Positions 1-13,819 of a stretch of DNA of 64,000 nt are shown one piece after another. Every line of letters begins with the position of its first letter. Positions within the stretch are counted from its first letter, which is position 1. The position numbers were made by a program, and so were the translations under genes. The stretch lies in NCBI RefSeq assembly GCF_009914755.1, contig NC_060947.1; one strand, given 5' to 3'. Below the pieces are notes generated by a model that did not search any database, was not told the origin of the DNA, and saw nothing but the letters and a program-made list of their open reading frames with translations. Source of the stretch: the human T2T-CHM13v2.0 reference genome, Homo sapiens.

Positions 1-123
1 TCTGATTACTGACAACTGGAAAAAAAATCTTGATTAAAGCACTTCCCCCATGAAAATAGGACCTCTTGAACTTTGGAAGAGCTGATTACTGAAGGCCATT
101 CTTTGAGGAATGCATAACCGTAC

Positions 124-229
124 CTTATAATTTTTCAGAAATATTCAAGTGAAAAAGTGGAGACGTCAAAACAGACCTTTAACAGTGTAATTTAGTGAAA
201 CGTTGGCAATAGCTTATTTCAGTTCCTCT
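124..229 (-). pseudogene. candidate decayed exon of a minus-strand multi-exon pseudogene
   Basis: On the minus strand: acceptor ctttattttag and donor AAG|gtacgg. All frames contain stops; the best reads EELK*AIANVSLNYTVKGLF. Confidence 0.25.
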
Positions 230-958
230 CTAAAATAAAGTGCCAAAATATGCAAACTACTTTTCAAAACGATGGTAGTTTGTAAGAAATGTCTGTTAGC
301 TGTCATCACCAATAAAGCTTACCATGGGAAAAAAATTAACCTGGAGAATCACAGAAGATTCATTGTTCTCTTTTTAAGAGGCATAGTGTATATTAATCAT
401 TGGGAATCCGGTGGCTTTCTTTGTTCCACTTTTAATTATTTAAAACATCATAGCTTCAATAATTGCATGATTATTCATCATTACTACACATATCACTAAA
501 TTTAGCTTTAAAGGTCTTTCAATATTGACTTAGTATTATAAACTCGTTTTTCATATGACACAGAAAATATTTACCTATTGCAATTTTTTGCTAAGGTCTT
601 AATTTTGAAATGACCAAATCAATTTTATTTTATTTAAAATGTCTTGTCTGTGCTTTATAGGGCAATACAAATACAATAAATAAGCACCTGTAATGCCTGG
701 AGTCATTTTAGATGCTGGTGCCATGGGTTAAACCTGTGCTTGAAATATGTTTCTTAATTTCAGCATCTGGCATGAGTGACAGGAAAATTTTCTGTCTCAA
801 TAACAACTATATGATTTTTCACCATTTTATTTCCAGAAAATTGGAAGCTCTACACTATTCTCATCAAAATTAATAAATAAATATAGGTATTAACATTTTA
901 TACTATAAACATTTAGTGTGCAAATTATGGACACTTTAATACTGTTTGAATATATTAC

Positions 959-1091
959 AGTTGCTATTGACTCCAGATCCTCAATAAGTTGAAAGTATTG
1001 TTGTGTAAATCCAGTCTTGGTGGGCAATTCAGGGACAGAAATGGCAGTACAATCCATGGTTTGCTTTCACATTGCCAGTCGACATGGATTT
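959..1091 (-). pseudogene. candidate decayed exon (possible NACHT-region remnant)
   Basis: Acceptor ttttcaaaaccttttag and possible donor gtaata. One frame gives LPFLSLNCPPRLDL and another gives NPCRLAM*...VPELPT...QLIEDLE; each resembles a segment of NWD1 as recalled. Confidence 0.3.
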
Positions 1092-1289
1092 CTAAAAGGT
1101 TTTGAAAATTATGTTGGAACATGCAACTAATAGTGTACACAATACTTCTAGAGCTAATTGAGCAATTATGTATTTGAACCAAGAATAATCCTATTGGAGA
1201 AGCTAATTTAAGAAGACTCTAAGAGTGTTTTTCTTTTACCCTGTGATATCAGAAACCATGTGCCTATCCAAGACGATAAAAAGAAAGCT

Positions 1290-2350
1290 TAGATTCATAG
1301 AACCTTAAACTTGGAAGGGATCCTAGAAGTGGAACCCATGTTCCGTTCTTTTTATGACATCTGTCAACAAAAAGAGTCAAACCCTGTAAAATATTTGAAG
1401 AGATTTATTCTGAGCCAAATATGAGTGACCATAGCTTGTGACACAGCCCTCAGGAGATTCTGAGAACATGTGCCCCAGGTCATTGGGGAGCAGTCTGGTT
1501 TTATACAATTTAGGGAGACATGAGGCATCAATCAAATACATTTAAGATATACATTGGTTTGGTCCAGAAAGGCAGAACACCTCAAAGCAGGGGGGTTTCC
1601 AGGTTATAGGTAGATTTAAATTTTTTGTAACTGGCAATTGTTTGAAAGAGCTATCAATAGAAAGGAATGTCTGAGTTTCAATAAAGAGGTTGTGGAGAAC
1701 AAAATTTTCTCATCCAGGTGAAGCCTCCTTGTAGCAGGCTTCAGAGAGAATAGATTGTAAATGTTTCTTATAAGACTTAACGTCTGTGTTGATGTTAAAT
1801 GCTGGTTGGCTTTTTCTAAATTCCAAAAGTGGGGAGGACATAATGAGGCATACCCTACCCCCATTTCCAACCATGACCTAAACCAGTCTTTCAAGTTAAA
1901 TTTTAGAGTGCCCTAGCAGAGGAGGGAGTCCATTCAGATGGTTGCAGGGGGTCTTTAAATTTTATTTTTAGTTTACACATCTCTAACAGATGATCATAGC
2001 TCTACTTGAATATTACCCAAGGAAATGCATGAAGATTTAGAATTTCCTCAAGAATGGAACCTAATCTGTTTTCTAGTAAGTTTTACCGAATTTATACTAG
2101 TGTTCAGATCCAGAATAAAAATAAATATTACCCTCTTCCACAAGATAGTTCTTTAAATGTTTGGAGAAAGATATTGTGTCCCTGAATCCACTCTTCTCCA
2201 GCCTATATATTCCAGGATCCTTCAAACTTTTCTCCTATGAACTTCTGTCCAATTTGTGATCCTGATCACTCCGTAAGATATACCAATTTGTCACTGCTGC
2301 TTTTGAAACATGGTCTAAAAACTAAATGCTCCCCTTCAAACACAGACACT
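1290..2350. mobile_element. ancient L3/CR1-like LINE fragment interrupted by the MER4 LTR
   Basis: gattcatagaa...ttggaagggatcctaga and cttctccagcctatatattccaggatccttcaaac resemble diverged CR1/L3 3' sequence. Confidence 0.45.
1362..1977 (-). mobile_element. MER4-family (ERV1) solo LTR
   Basis: TG...CA termini; the minus strand begins TGTAAACTAAAAATAAAATT; 4-bp TSD catc at 1358-1361 and 1978-1981. Confidence 0.88.
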
Positions 2351-3098
2351 GCATTGCAGATTTTTTTATTCATTAGGTTTCAATGTCAAACTATGCTGTC
2401 ATACTGTCATTGTATTCTAATTCCATATGACTAGCTTTTATGCAACACTGTTTCTGCCATTTTTATGATATTCAGCAATGTTAACTTAGTAAAAAAAAAA
2501 CACACACACACAAAAATTAATTATTTTATCTTTACAGGAAAGAACTGCTGAAGTTCAAAGATGGTATTAGAAAAGCAGACACCCTCTTAGAAAACCAGAC
2601 AACCTCTTATCCTAATCCCACGGCAGTGGGAGTAGATAGAGAAAAGTAAAATTTGGAGAAAAAGGCCAACTTCTGGTAAAGTTTCTGATAACTACAGATC
2701 CATATTTCAGCTTATGTAAGAATAGCGACTGGATTCTTTAAATGATTTTTAGCCACTTGAAGTTAGGAAGAATAAGTGATATTTGATTAGGAGGTGTCCA
2801 AGGTAGTGGAAATAGCAAGATAAAAGGTAATAAGTACATTATCATGTACACTGAAGACATAATTTGGTTGGAAAAAGAGTCTAAATGAAAAAGTCACAAG
2901 TAACATGACCAGAAAGAGTATTTGAGAGCAGGTTGTAGACTCTATTGAAAGAAAATCATAAAAGAATATTTAAAGATTTTGGACAACTACTTTTGCATAA
3001 AGAGGCCCACAGTTTTTATTTTTTTAGATCCAGCAATTAAAAAAAAATCTTGTTGCTGAGGGGGAATAATATTAACTCTATATTTTACCCATTACATT

Positions 3099-3126
3099 TT
3101 GTTGTTGTTGTTGTTGTTATTGTTGT
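3099..3126. repeat. (TTG)n microsatellite
   Basis: ttgttgttgttgttgttgttattgttgtt. Confidence 0.9.
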
Positions 3127-3616
3127 TTTCCTTTTCTCTTTGGTCAAGTCCCTCACAGACTTGCCAAAAAAAAAAAAAAAAGAGCCTTTCCTCTTCTTTT
3201 CTACACCTTTTGAACAGTAGTTACAACTCATAGTTTTGCACTAAGAGAAGAAAATATGAGTAAAACAGGCAAAATTCAAATGACAAGAGAAGAGGAACAC
3301 AGCACTTTTATCTGCTAAGTTAAATGTACATATTTTATAAAGGTCATTGACTCATTGAACAGAAAAGGAGCAAAATGACAAAAGAGATAATAAAAACAAA
3401 GCCCAGATATATTAATGACTTGCTCAAATCAGATAGTTGCTAAGAGAGGGTGGCTAAAAGTGAAGGTGTCTGGGTTCAGTACCCTTTGAATTACATAAGA
3501 CTGACTCCTCTTGATGCAAACATACAGACATGGCAAAATAAGCTTAAAGATATAACAAAATTCTCACAAGAATTCAAACTTCACTGTTTCCTTTATCTTT
3601 CCTTATATGATATTCT

Positions 3617-6600
3617 TCTTTTTTATTACACTTTAATTTCTGGGATACATGTGCAGAACGTGCAGGTTTGTTGCATAGGTATACACATGCCATCGTGGTT
3701 TGCTGCACCCATCAAACCATCATCTACATTAGGTATTTCTTCTAATGCTATCCCTTTGCAGCCCCCTACCCTGCACCAGGCCCGGGTGTGTGATGTTCCC
3801 CTCCCTGTGTCCATATGTTCTCATTGTTCAACTCCCACATATGAGTGAGAACATGCAGTGTTTGGTTTTCTCTTCCTGTGTTAGTTTGCTGAGAATGATG
3901 GTTTCCTGCTTCATCCATGCCCCTACAGAGGACATGAATTCATCCTGTTTTATGGCTGCACAGTATTCCATGGTGTATATGTGCCACATTTTCTTTATCC
4001 AGTCTATCATTGATGGACATTTGGATTGGTTCCAAGTCTTTCCTATTGCGAACAGTGCTGCAATAAACATACATGTGCATGTGTCTTTATAGGAGAATGA
4101 TTTATAATCCTTTGGGTATATACCCAGTAATGGGATTGCTGGGTCAAATGGTATTTCTGGTTCTAGATTCTTGAGGAATCGCCACACTGTCTTCCACAAT
4201 GGTTGAACTAGTGTACACTCCAACCAAAAGTGTAAAAGTGTTTGTATTTCTCCACATCTTCTCCAGCATCTGTTGTTTCATAACTTTTTAATGATCGCTA
4301 TTTTAACTGGCATGAGATGGTATCTCATTGTGGTTTTGATTTGCATTTCTCTAATGACCAGTGATGATGAGCTTTTTTTCATATGTTTGTTGGCTGCATA
4401 AATGTCTTCTTTTGAGAATTGTCTGTTCATATCCTTCACCCACTTTTTTATGCATTTTTTTCTTGTAAATTTGTTGAAGTTCTTTGCAGATTTTGGATAT
4501 TAGCCCTTCATCAGATGGATAGATTGCAAAAATTTTCTCCCATTCTGTAGGTTGCCTGTTCACTCTGATGATAGTTTGTTTTGCTGAGCAGAAGCTCTTT
4601 AGTTTAATTAGGTCTGATTTGTCAATTTTGGCTTTTGTTGCCATTGCATTTGGTGTTTTAGTCATGAAGACTGTGCACATGCCTATGTCCTGAATGGTAA
4701 TGCCTAGGTTTTCTTCTAAGGCTTTTATTGTTTTAGGTCTTACATATAAGTCTTTAATCCATCTGGAGTTAATTTTTGTATAAAGTGTAAGGAAGGGGTC
4801 CAATTTCAGTTTTCTGCATATGGCTAGCCAGTTTTCCCAACACCATTTATTAAACAGGGAATCCTTTCCCCATTGCTTGTTTTGGTCAGGTTTGTCAAAG
4901 ATCAGATGGCTGTAGATGTGTGGTGTTATTTCTGAGGCCTCTGTTCTGTTCCATTGGTCTATATATCTGTTTTGGTACCAGTACCATGTTGTTTTGGTTA
5001 CTGTAGCCTTGTAGTATAGTTTGAAGTCAGGTAGCGTGATGCCTCCAGCTTTGTTCTTTTTGATTAGGATTGTCATGTCTATACGGTCTCTTTTTTGTTC
5101 CATATGAAATTTAAAGTAGTTTTTTCTAATTCTGTGAAGAAAATCCATGGTAGCTTGATGGGGATAGCATTGAATCTATAAATTACTTTGGGCAGTATGG
5201 CCGTTTTCACGATATTGATTCTTCCTATCCATAAGCATGGAATGTTTCTGCATTTGTTTGTGTCCTCTCTTATTTCCTTGAGCAGTGGTTTGTAGTTCTC
5301 CTTGATGAAGTCCTTCACATCCTTTGTAAGTTATATTCCTAGGTATTTTTTTCTCTTTGTAGCAATTGTGAATGGGAGTTCAATCATGATTTGGCTTTCT
5401 TTCTATTATTGGTGTATAGGGATGTTTGTGATTTCTGCACACTGATTTTGTATCCTGAGACTGCTGAATATGCTTATCAGCTCAAGGAGATTTTGGGCTG
5501 AGACAATGGGGTTTTCTAAATATAAAATTTTGTCATCTGCACACAGAGATAATTTAACTTTCTGTCTTCCTATTTGAGTATCTTTTATTTCTTTCTCTTG
5601 CCTGATTGCCCTGGCCAGAACTTCCAACACTATGTTGAATAGGAGTGGTGTGAGAGGGCATCCTTGTCTTGTGCCACTTTTCAAAGGGAATTCTTCCAGC
5701 TTTTTCCCATTCAATATGATATTGGCTATATATTTGTCATAAATAGCTCTTAATATTTTGAGATATGTTCCACCAATACCTAGTTTATTGAGAGTGTTTA
5801 GCATGAAGGGGTATTGAATTTTATCAAAGGCCTATGTGGTTCTTGTCGCTGGTTCTGTTTACATAATGGATTACATTTATTGATTTGCATATGTTGAACC
5901 AGCCTTGCATCCCAGGGATGAAGCCAACTTGACTGTGGTGGATAAGCTTTTTGATGTGCTGCTGGATTTGGTTTGCCAGCATTTTATTGAGTATTTTCAC
6001 ATCAATGTTAATCAGGGATATTGTCCTGGAAATTTTCTTTTTTCATTGTGTCTCTGCCAGGTTTTGGTATCAGGATGATGCTGGCCTCATATAATGAGTT
6101 AGGGAAGAGTTCGTCTTTTTCTATTGTTTGGAATAGTTTCAGAAAGAATGGTACCAGCTGCTCTTTCTACCTCTGGTATAATTTGGCTGTGAATCCGTCT
6201 GGTCCTGGGCTTTTTTTGGGCTATTAATTACTGCCACAATTTCAGAACTTGTTATTGGTCTATTCAGAGATTCAACTTCTTCCTGGTTTAATCTTGGGAG
6301 GGTGTATGTGTCCAGGAATTTATCAATTTCTTCTATATTTTCTAGTTTATTTGCATAGATGTGTTTATAGCATTCCGTGATGTCAGTTTGTATTTTTGTG
6401 CGATCAGTGGTGATATCATTTCTTATTGTGTCTATTTGATTCTCCTCTCTTTTTTTCTTTATTAGTCTTGCTAGCGGTCTATTTTGTTGATCTTTTCTTT
6501 TCTTTTTTTTTTTTTTTTGAAATGGAGTATTGCTCTGTCGCCCAGGCTGGAGTGCAGTGGCGCAATCTCGGCTCACTGCAAGCTCTGTCTCCTGGGTTCA

Positions 6601-9600
6601 TGCCATTCTCCTGCCTCAGTCTCCTGAGTAGCTGGGACTACAGGCGCCCGCTACCACACCTGGCTAATTTTTTTGTACTTTTAGTAGAGATGGGGTTTCA
6701 CCGTGTTAGCCAGGATGGTCTCGATCTCCTGACCTCGTGATCCGCCCGCCTCGGCCTCCCAAAGTGCTGGGATTACAGGCTTGAGCCACTGCACCAGGCC
6801 TGATCTTTTCAAAAAAGCAGCTACTGGATTCATTGCTTTGTTTAAGAGTTTTTTTGTGTGTGTCTCTATCTCCTTCAGTTCTGCTCTGATCTTAGTTATT
6901 TCTTGCCTTCTGCTAGCTTTTGAATGTGTTTGCTCTTTCTTCTGTAGTTCTTTTAATTGTGATGTTAGGGTGTCGATTTAAGATCTTTCCTGCTTTCTCC
7001 TGTGGGCATTTAGTGCTATAAATTTCCCTCTATACACTGCTTTAGTTGTGTCCCATAGATTCTGGTACATTGTGTCTTTGTTCTCACTGGTTTCAAATAA
7101 CTTGTTTATTTTAGCCTTTTTTTCGTTATTTACCCAGTAGTCATTCAGGAACAGGTCATTCAGTTTCCATGTAGTTGTGTGGTTTTGAGTGAGTTTCTTA
7201 ATCCGGAGTTCTAATTTGATTGCACTGTGGTCTCTAAGAATGTTTTTTATGATTTCTGTTCTTTTGCATTTGCTGAGCAGTGTTTTACTTCCAATTATGT
7301 GGTTGATTTTAGAATAAGTGTGATGTGGTGCTGAGAAGAATGTATATTCTGTTCATGTGGGGTGGAGACTTCTGTAGATGTTTATTAGGTCTGCCTGGTC
7401 CAGAGCTGAGTTCATGTCCTGAACATCCTTGTTAATTTTATGTCTCATTGATCTGTCTAATATTGACAGTAGGGTGTTAAAGTCTTCCACTATTATTGTG
7501 TGGGAGTCTAAGTTTCATTGTAGGTCTCTAGGAACTTGCTTTATGAACCTGGGTGCTCCTGTATGGGTGCACATGTATTTAGGATAGTTAGTTCTTCTTG
7601 TTGCACTGATCCCTTTACCATTATGTAATGCCCTTCTTCATCTTTTTTATCTTTTTTGGTTTAAAGTCTGTTTTATCTGAGACTAGGATTGCAAACCCTG
7701 CTTTTTTTTTGCTTTCCATTTGCTTGGTAAATCTTCCTCCATCCCTTTATTTTGAGCCTATGTGTGTCTTTGCATGTGAGATAGGTCTCCTGAATACAGC
7801 ACACTGATGGGTCTTGAGTCTTTATTCAGTTGGCTAGTCTGTGTCTTTTAATTGGGGCATTTAGCCCATTACATTTAAGGTTAATATTGTTATGTGTCAA
7901 TTTGATTCTGTCATTATGATGCCAGCTGATTATTTTTGCCATTAATTCCTGCAGTTTCTTCATAGTTTCAGTGGTCTTTACCATTTGACATGTTTTTTCA
8001 GTGGCTGGTACTGGTTTTTCCTTTCCATATTTAGTGCTTCCTTCAGGAGCTCTTGTAATGTAGGACTGGTGGTGAGTAAATCTCTCAGCATTTGCTTGTC
8101 TGTGAAGGATTTTATTTCTCCTTCACTTATGAAGCTTAGTTTAGCTGTATATGAAATTCTGGGTTGAAAATTATTTTCTTTAAGAATGTTGAATACTGGC
8201 CCCCACTATCTTCTGGCTTGTGTGGTTTCTGCTGAGAGATCTGCTGTTAGTCTGATGGGCTTCCCTTTGTGGGTAACCTGATCTTTCTCTCTGGCTGCCC
8301 TTAACATTTTTTTCCTTCATTTCAACCTTGGTGAATCTGAAGATTATGTGTCCTGGGGTTGCTCTTTTCGAGGAGTATCTTTGTGGTGTTCTTGTATTTC
8401 CTGAGTTTGAATGTTGGCATGTCTTGCTAAGTTGGACAAGTTCTCCTGGACAATATCCTGCAGCGTGTTTTCCAACTTGGTTCCATTCTCCCCATTACTT
8501 TCAGGTACACCAATCAAATGTAGGTTTTGTCTTTTCACATAGTCCCATATTTCTTGGAGCCTTTGTTTGTTCCTTTTCATTCATTTTTCTCTAATTTTGT
8601 CTTCACGCTTTATTTCATTAAGTTGATCTTCAATCTCTGATGTCCTTTGTTCTGCTTGATTGATTCGGCCGCTGATACTGGTGTATGCTTCACGAAGTTC
8701 TTGTGCTGTGTTTTTCAGCTCCATCAGGTCATTTTTGTTCTTTTCTAAACTGGTTATTCTAGTTAGCAATTTCTCTAACCTTTTTGCAAGGTTCGTTGCT
8801 TCCTTGCATTGGGTTAGAACACGCTCCTTTAGCTTGGAGGAGTTTGTTATTGTCCACCTTCTGAAGCCTACTTCTGTCAATTTGTCAAACTCATTCTCCA
8901 TCCAGTTTTGTTCCCTTGCTGGTGAGGAGTTGCAATCCTTTGAAGAAAAGAGGCATTCTGGTTTTTGGAATTTTCAGCTTTTTTGTGCTGGTTTTTCCTC
9001 ATCTTCGTGGATTTATCTACCTTTGGTCTTTGTTGTTGGTTACCTTTGGATGAGGTTTCCATGTGGACGTAATTTTTGTTGATGTTGGTGCTATTCCTTT
9101 CTGTTTGTTAGTTTTCCTTCTACCAGTAAAGTCCCTCTTCTGCAGGTCTGCTGGAGTTTGCTGGAGGTCCACTCCAGATCCTGTTTGCCTGGTTATCATG
9201 AGCAGAGGTTGCCTAACAGCAAAGATTGCTGCCTGCTCTTTCTTCTGGAAGCTTCGTCCCAGTGGGGCACCCCCTAGATGCCAGCCAGAGCTCTCCTGTA
9301 TGAGGTGTCTGTTGACCCCTGCTGGGAGGTGTCTCCCAGTCAGGAGGCACAGGGATCAGGGACCCACTTGAGGAGGCAGTCTGCCCCTTAGCAGAGCTCA
9401 AACACTACGCTGGGAGATCTGTTGCTCTCTTCATAGCTGGCAGGCAGGAACGTTAAGTCTGCTGAAGCTGCGCTCACAGTTGCCCCTTCCCCCAGGTGCT
9501 CTGTCTCAGGGAGATGGGAGTTTTATCTATAAGCCCCTGACTGGTGCTGCTGCCTTTCTTTCAGAGATGCCCTGCCCAGAGATGAAGAATCTAGATAGGC

Positions 9601-10346
9601 AGTCCGGCTACAGCAGCTTTTCCCAGCTTCAGTGGGCTCCGTCCATTTCAAACTTCCCGGCATCTTTGTTTACACAGTGTGGCAAAAACTGCCTACTCAA
9701 GCCTCAGTAATGGTGGACACCTCTCCCGCCACCAAGCTCAAGCATCCCAGGTTGACTTCAGGCCACTGTGCTGGCAGTGAGAATTTCAAGCCAGTGGATC
9801 TTAGCTTGCTGGGCTCTGTGGAGGGGGGAACCACTGAACTAGACAACTTGGCTCCCTGGCTTCTGTCCCCTTTCCAGGGGAGTGAACGGTTCTGTCTCGC
9901 TGGCATTCCACGCACCACTGGGGTATGAAGAAAAAACTCCTGCAACTAGCTCAGTGTCTGCCCAAATGGCTGCCCAGATTTGTGCTTGAAACCCATGGTC
10001 CTGGTGGCGTAGGCACCAGAGGGAGTCTCCCAGTCTGCTGGTTGTGAAGACCGTGGGAAAAGCATAGTGTCTGGGCTGGAATGCACCATTCATCATGGCA
10101 CAGTCCCTCATGGCTTCCCTTGGCTAGGGCAGGGAGTTCCTTGACCTCTGGCACTTCCCCAGTGAAGCAATGCCCCACCCTGCTTTAGCTTGCCCTCAGT
10201 GGGCTGTTCCCACTGTCTAACCAGTCCCAATGAAATGAGCCAGGTACCTCAGTTGGAAATGCAGAAATCACCCACCTTCTGCATTGATCTTGCTGGGAGC
10301 TGCAGAATGGAGCTGTCCTATTCAGCCATCTTGCGAGCCACCCTTC
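3617..10346 (-). mobile_element. full-length L1 (L1PA7-like) with disrupted ORF1 and ORF2
   Basis: The 5'UTR starts CAAGATGGCTGAATAGG...CTCCCAGCAAGATCAATGCAG. ORF1 pieces are at 8344-9062 and ORF2 pieces at 3828-6576. 16-bp TSD ccttatatgatattct at 3601-3616 and 10347-10362, with a TT|AGAA endonuclease site. Confidence 0.95.
6498..6800 (-). mobile_element. AluY inserted in L1 ORF2
   Basis: AluY diagnostics (gcaagctc, gtgttagccaggatggtctcgatctcc); TSD tgatcttttc at 6488-6497 and 6801-6810. Confidence 0.95.
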
Positions 10347-12051
10347 CCTTATATGATATTCTAATCCAAAAGATACTATACTGTAAGAATAAAGACAATC
10401 ATCAATGGTCAGACCTGTATGAAGTCAAGTCTATAGAGATATAAAAGCATCAAACATTATAAAGTACTGCCACTCTGAATCACTATGGAGAACTGAAACA
10501 GGACTTTAGAGCCTTTGTTTCTCTGTGGATAAGGTAGTAAATAGAGTTAAGAACATAACTTCACAAATTGAAATAATTAATCATTAAATGTGTTTAATTT
10601 TAATGTAGTCTCTTGAGTCTATTTTAAAAGGTGACTCTGAATGGCTATTCTTTTAAAGTCCATGTCGACCACAATTATTTCCCAAGGCAGAGACATCCCT
10701 GGGGTTGTTTCTGCGTATTTTTTCATGGTTTAATTCATAAGCAATCTGGCATTAAAAGAAGCTGATGAAAACCAAACACTTTAAAGGACAACAGTAATTC
10801 TTTGGGAAAATGGTGATATTATGGGAAAATAAGTGTATTGTTCTTATTAATTTATTTCTGTTTCTCTACTCCTTTAATTGGATATGTGTTACCTATATAA
10901 AAGAAAATTGTCCCATTAGTTCATAAGAGATATATATTTGTAGCTTTCAATACATGATATCTGTTTAAACTCTCAATTAAACTCCACACTATGTATAATT
11001 TCTTAAAAAGTGACTACTTCTTATAAAATATTTTATTTATTTTAAGAGGATATTTTCTTATTTAATCAGCATGCTGCCAAATATGTTACATGAACTTTGA
11101 AAAAAATAAAGACATGTATTTTAGTTAGGCTTGAGGTTATTTATTAATTAGAATAAGTTAATTCATACTCATAAAGATAACTTGTCATTCAAGATTTTAC
11201 ATTATCTGGTTTGTCTATTTATAAAAGACCAATAATTTTATCAATAAATTAATTCCTATAGATATGGCTTATAAGTTGCAGCATCTTCAGGAGAGTAGAT
11301 AAATTGTCTGTAATAAAATACAATGGACATTAAAACACATAATAAATTTTAAAAGTGATAAAATTAATTATAATAGCATTGTGACAGAAACAGTATTATC
11401 TAGTAGTTATTCAAAAACTACCATTTGTGACTTGGCTAAAATTCAGTCATATATAAAATTGAAGCTGTTGGAGTATATTAATAATATCTAAAGTAAATTA
11501 TTAGTTGTAGTATTCTATAATACTAAGAGGTAGGTAAATTAAACCTTACGCAAGATTATATTTCTTGTCCTAATACCATGTAATGTCAACTTTCCTGTGA
11601 TCCTTCCTTTATGGTTTAAACAATTCATTTGTATTATAAGAAAGTAAAAAAACAAACATGAACAGACACAGGAGAAGATCAAATTTAGTATACATTTTTA
11701 TGTACAGCTACTCCCTTTTGGTTCCCTCTAAAGTATTTCATAAACATTTAATATCCTCAAGTCAAAGAACAAAAACAATCCTTCATATTTCCACAATGTT
11801 TGACTTTCACAGGATGTTTATCTATATTTTATCCTCACAAAAATATTGTGAGGAAGAAGTAATAATATTTTCTCCATTTGGTAGGCATATTAATCAAGGA
11901 AAAGAACAGTTTTAATGACTTGTCTCCAGTGACATAGTTAATAAGAAAAACAAATCTGGAACCCACATATGTTCATGTTCCATCACTTGTTACTTTTCAC
12001 TGTATCATTACCCAGACTTGACTGTTAAAAATGTGATGATAACTACAATAA

Positions 12052-12787
12052 CTAAATTAGGCCAGACAGAGTATACTATGCTGTCTAACAACAACCTGCA
12101 GGGACATGGATGAAATTGGAAATCATCATTCTCAGTAAACTATCGCAAGAACAAAAAACCAAACACCGCATATTCTCACTCATAGGTGGGAATTGAACAA
12201 TGAGATCACATGGACACAGGAAGGGGAACATCACACTCTGGGGACTGTTGTGGGGTGGGGGGAGGGGGGAGGGATAGCACTGGGAGATATACCTAATGCT
12301 AGATGACGAGTTAGTGGGTGCAGCGCACCAGCGTGGCACATGTATACATATGTAACTAACCTGCACAATGTGCATATGTACCCTAAAACTTAAAGTATAA
12401 TAATAAAAGAAAAAATAATAATAAAAATTAATAAATAAAAATACAAATTTATTTCTCACTCATCCTACAAATTCAATATGGATTGCCAGGGGCCTCTGCT
12501 TCTTATTCAGTTATTTACTGACCAGATTGGCAGAGGTTCTACAGTCTTATAACTGCACTGTCTGAAACACATGGACTGCATGATCAACAGGTAGAAGAGC
12601 AGATGAACATGAAGAATTCACGTGCACCATTACTAGATTTAGGTCCAGAAGTAATACACATCACTTTCACTTACAGCTGATGGGCCAGAACTTATAGTAC
12701 AACATAACATTATCTAACTACAAAAAGGCTAGGAAATGTAGAGAAGCACATCAATTTTTTGGTAGGCTGTAAAATGTCTCTGCCATG
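12052..12787 (-). mobile_element. MLT1J/K-type MaLR LTR, interrupted by L1PA2
   Basis: tatgctgtctaacaacaacc ... tttatttctcactcat ... gtccagaagtaatacacatcactttc ... tctctgcca. Confidence 0.6.
12097..12441 (+). mobile_element. 5'-truncated L1PA2 (3' end)
   Basis: L1 3'UTR with tagatgacgagttagtggg (GAG, non-Ta), a G-rich tract and an A-rich tail. Confidence 0.92.
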
Positions 12788-12794
12788 ATATCTA

Positions 12795-12985
12795 ATATTT
12801 ATTGAGTTCTTAACATGTGCTAGGTGCTATGTTAAGCATGTTGTGTCATTGCCTTACTTAATCCTTATCATAGTCCTGTACTATAAATATGACCATTGTA
12901 CCAATGAGAGAACTGAGTTTGAGAATGATAATATGTACATGGTAACATGGAACATAAATGGCGGAGCCAGGATTCAAACTCACAT
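12795..12985. mobile_element. MIR fragment
   Basis: atttattgag...tgtgctaggtgctatgttaagc...atgagagaactgag...ggagccaggattcaaactca. Confidence 0.7.
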
Positions 12986-13526
12986 TCTTACTATTTGCTT
13001 GGCCTTTTATTCTAGAGCTAAAAACATGCTAATTTGTTTAAGTCCAAATCCGTTTAATGGCTTCTCATCTTGTGATCTTTTTTAAATGTGAGCTATAGTT
13101 TTCACCTACTCTCCCCCAAACTTGACAGTTATTTTCACTTCTATTTTTATTCTATGTATTCGTAATATATTGAGTGAAAGAAGGCAGATAAATGAATGAT
13201 AAAGAAACCCCTTTTGTGTTATATTATTCCCTTTCTCACAGTAGTACCCTGTCTTCTACAGTAGGCAATAGAAGCCAGTCAACAAGGGTATTTAATTGCT
13301 TGGATCTACTTCCTGTTTCTCCAGTGCATAACAGTCATCCTCCTTATTGAGCCTTCCTTAAATATAAAAAAGTCTATTATCTGCATTGCATCTTCTTTGT
13401 AAGAAGATTCCAATTATATTCTTAATTATAAGTCAGAATACATCTGTTGTATGATGTTTCCTTTTGGAACTGCTTACAATTCAGTTCACTTCTAAACTAT
13501 ACTTACAATTAAAGATAAGTAAACTC

Positions 13527-13583
<57 letters not shown>

Positions 13584-13611
13584 CATATATATATGGAGAG
13601 AGAGAGAGAGA
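13527..13611. repeat. compound (TA)n(CA)n(TA)n(GA)n microsatellite
   Basis: Directly visible in the sequence. Confidence 0.95.
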
Positions 13612-13819
13612 ATGATAATTTTCCACAAAGGAGCTAAAATGAACATTTTTAGATATTCCTGTTATCACAACACTCAATTACCAGAAATTTACACATCATT
13701 TCTAAAAATTTGAGTGTTTTTATTAATTGAGATTTAAAACTTATGAAACTCTGTCTAATGTGGAAAATATTGGCTTTATAAGTACATTTTATTAAATAGT
13801 ATAAATAATATTTTACTGA

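Noticed and set aside
961-1128. Plus-strand frame ...MVCFHIASRHGFLK resembling NWD1 YIVSSRHGL
   Set aside because: It lies on the opposite strand to the other matches and contains a stop. It shows that short motif matches arise by chance here.
3450-10444. Many ORFs up to 265 aa with RT, endonuclease or ORF1 similarity
   Set aside because: They are fragments of a frameshifted L1, not host genes, and the element is not retrotransposition-competent.
11540-11620. GRITGKLTL as a possible Walker A remnant upstream of a gtaagg donor
   Set aside because: It does not fit GxxxxGK[ST] spacing without several assumed mutations.
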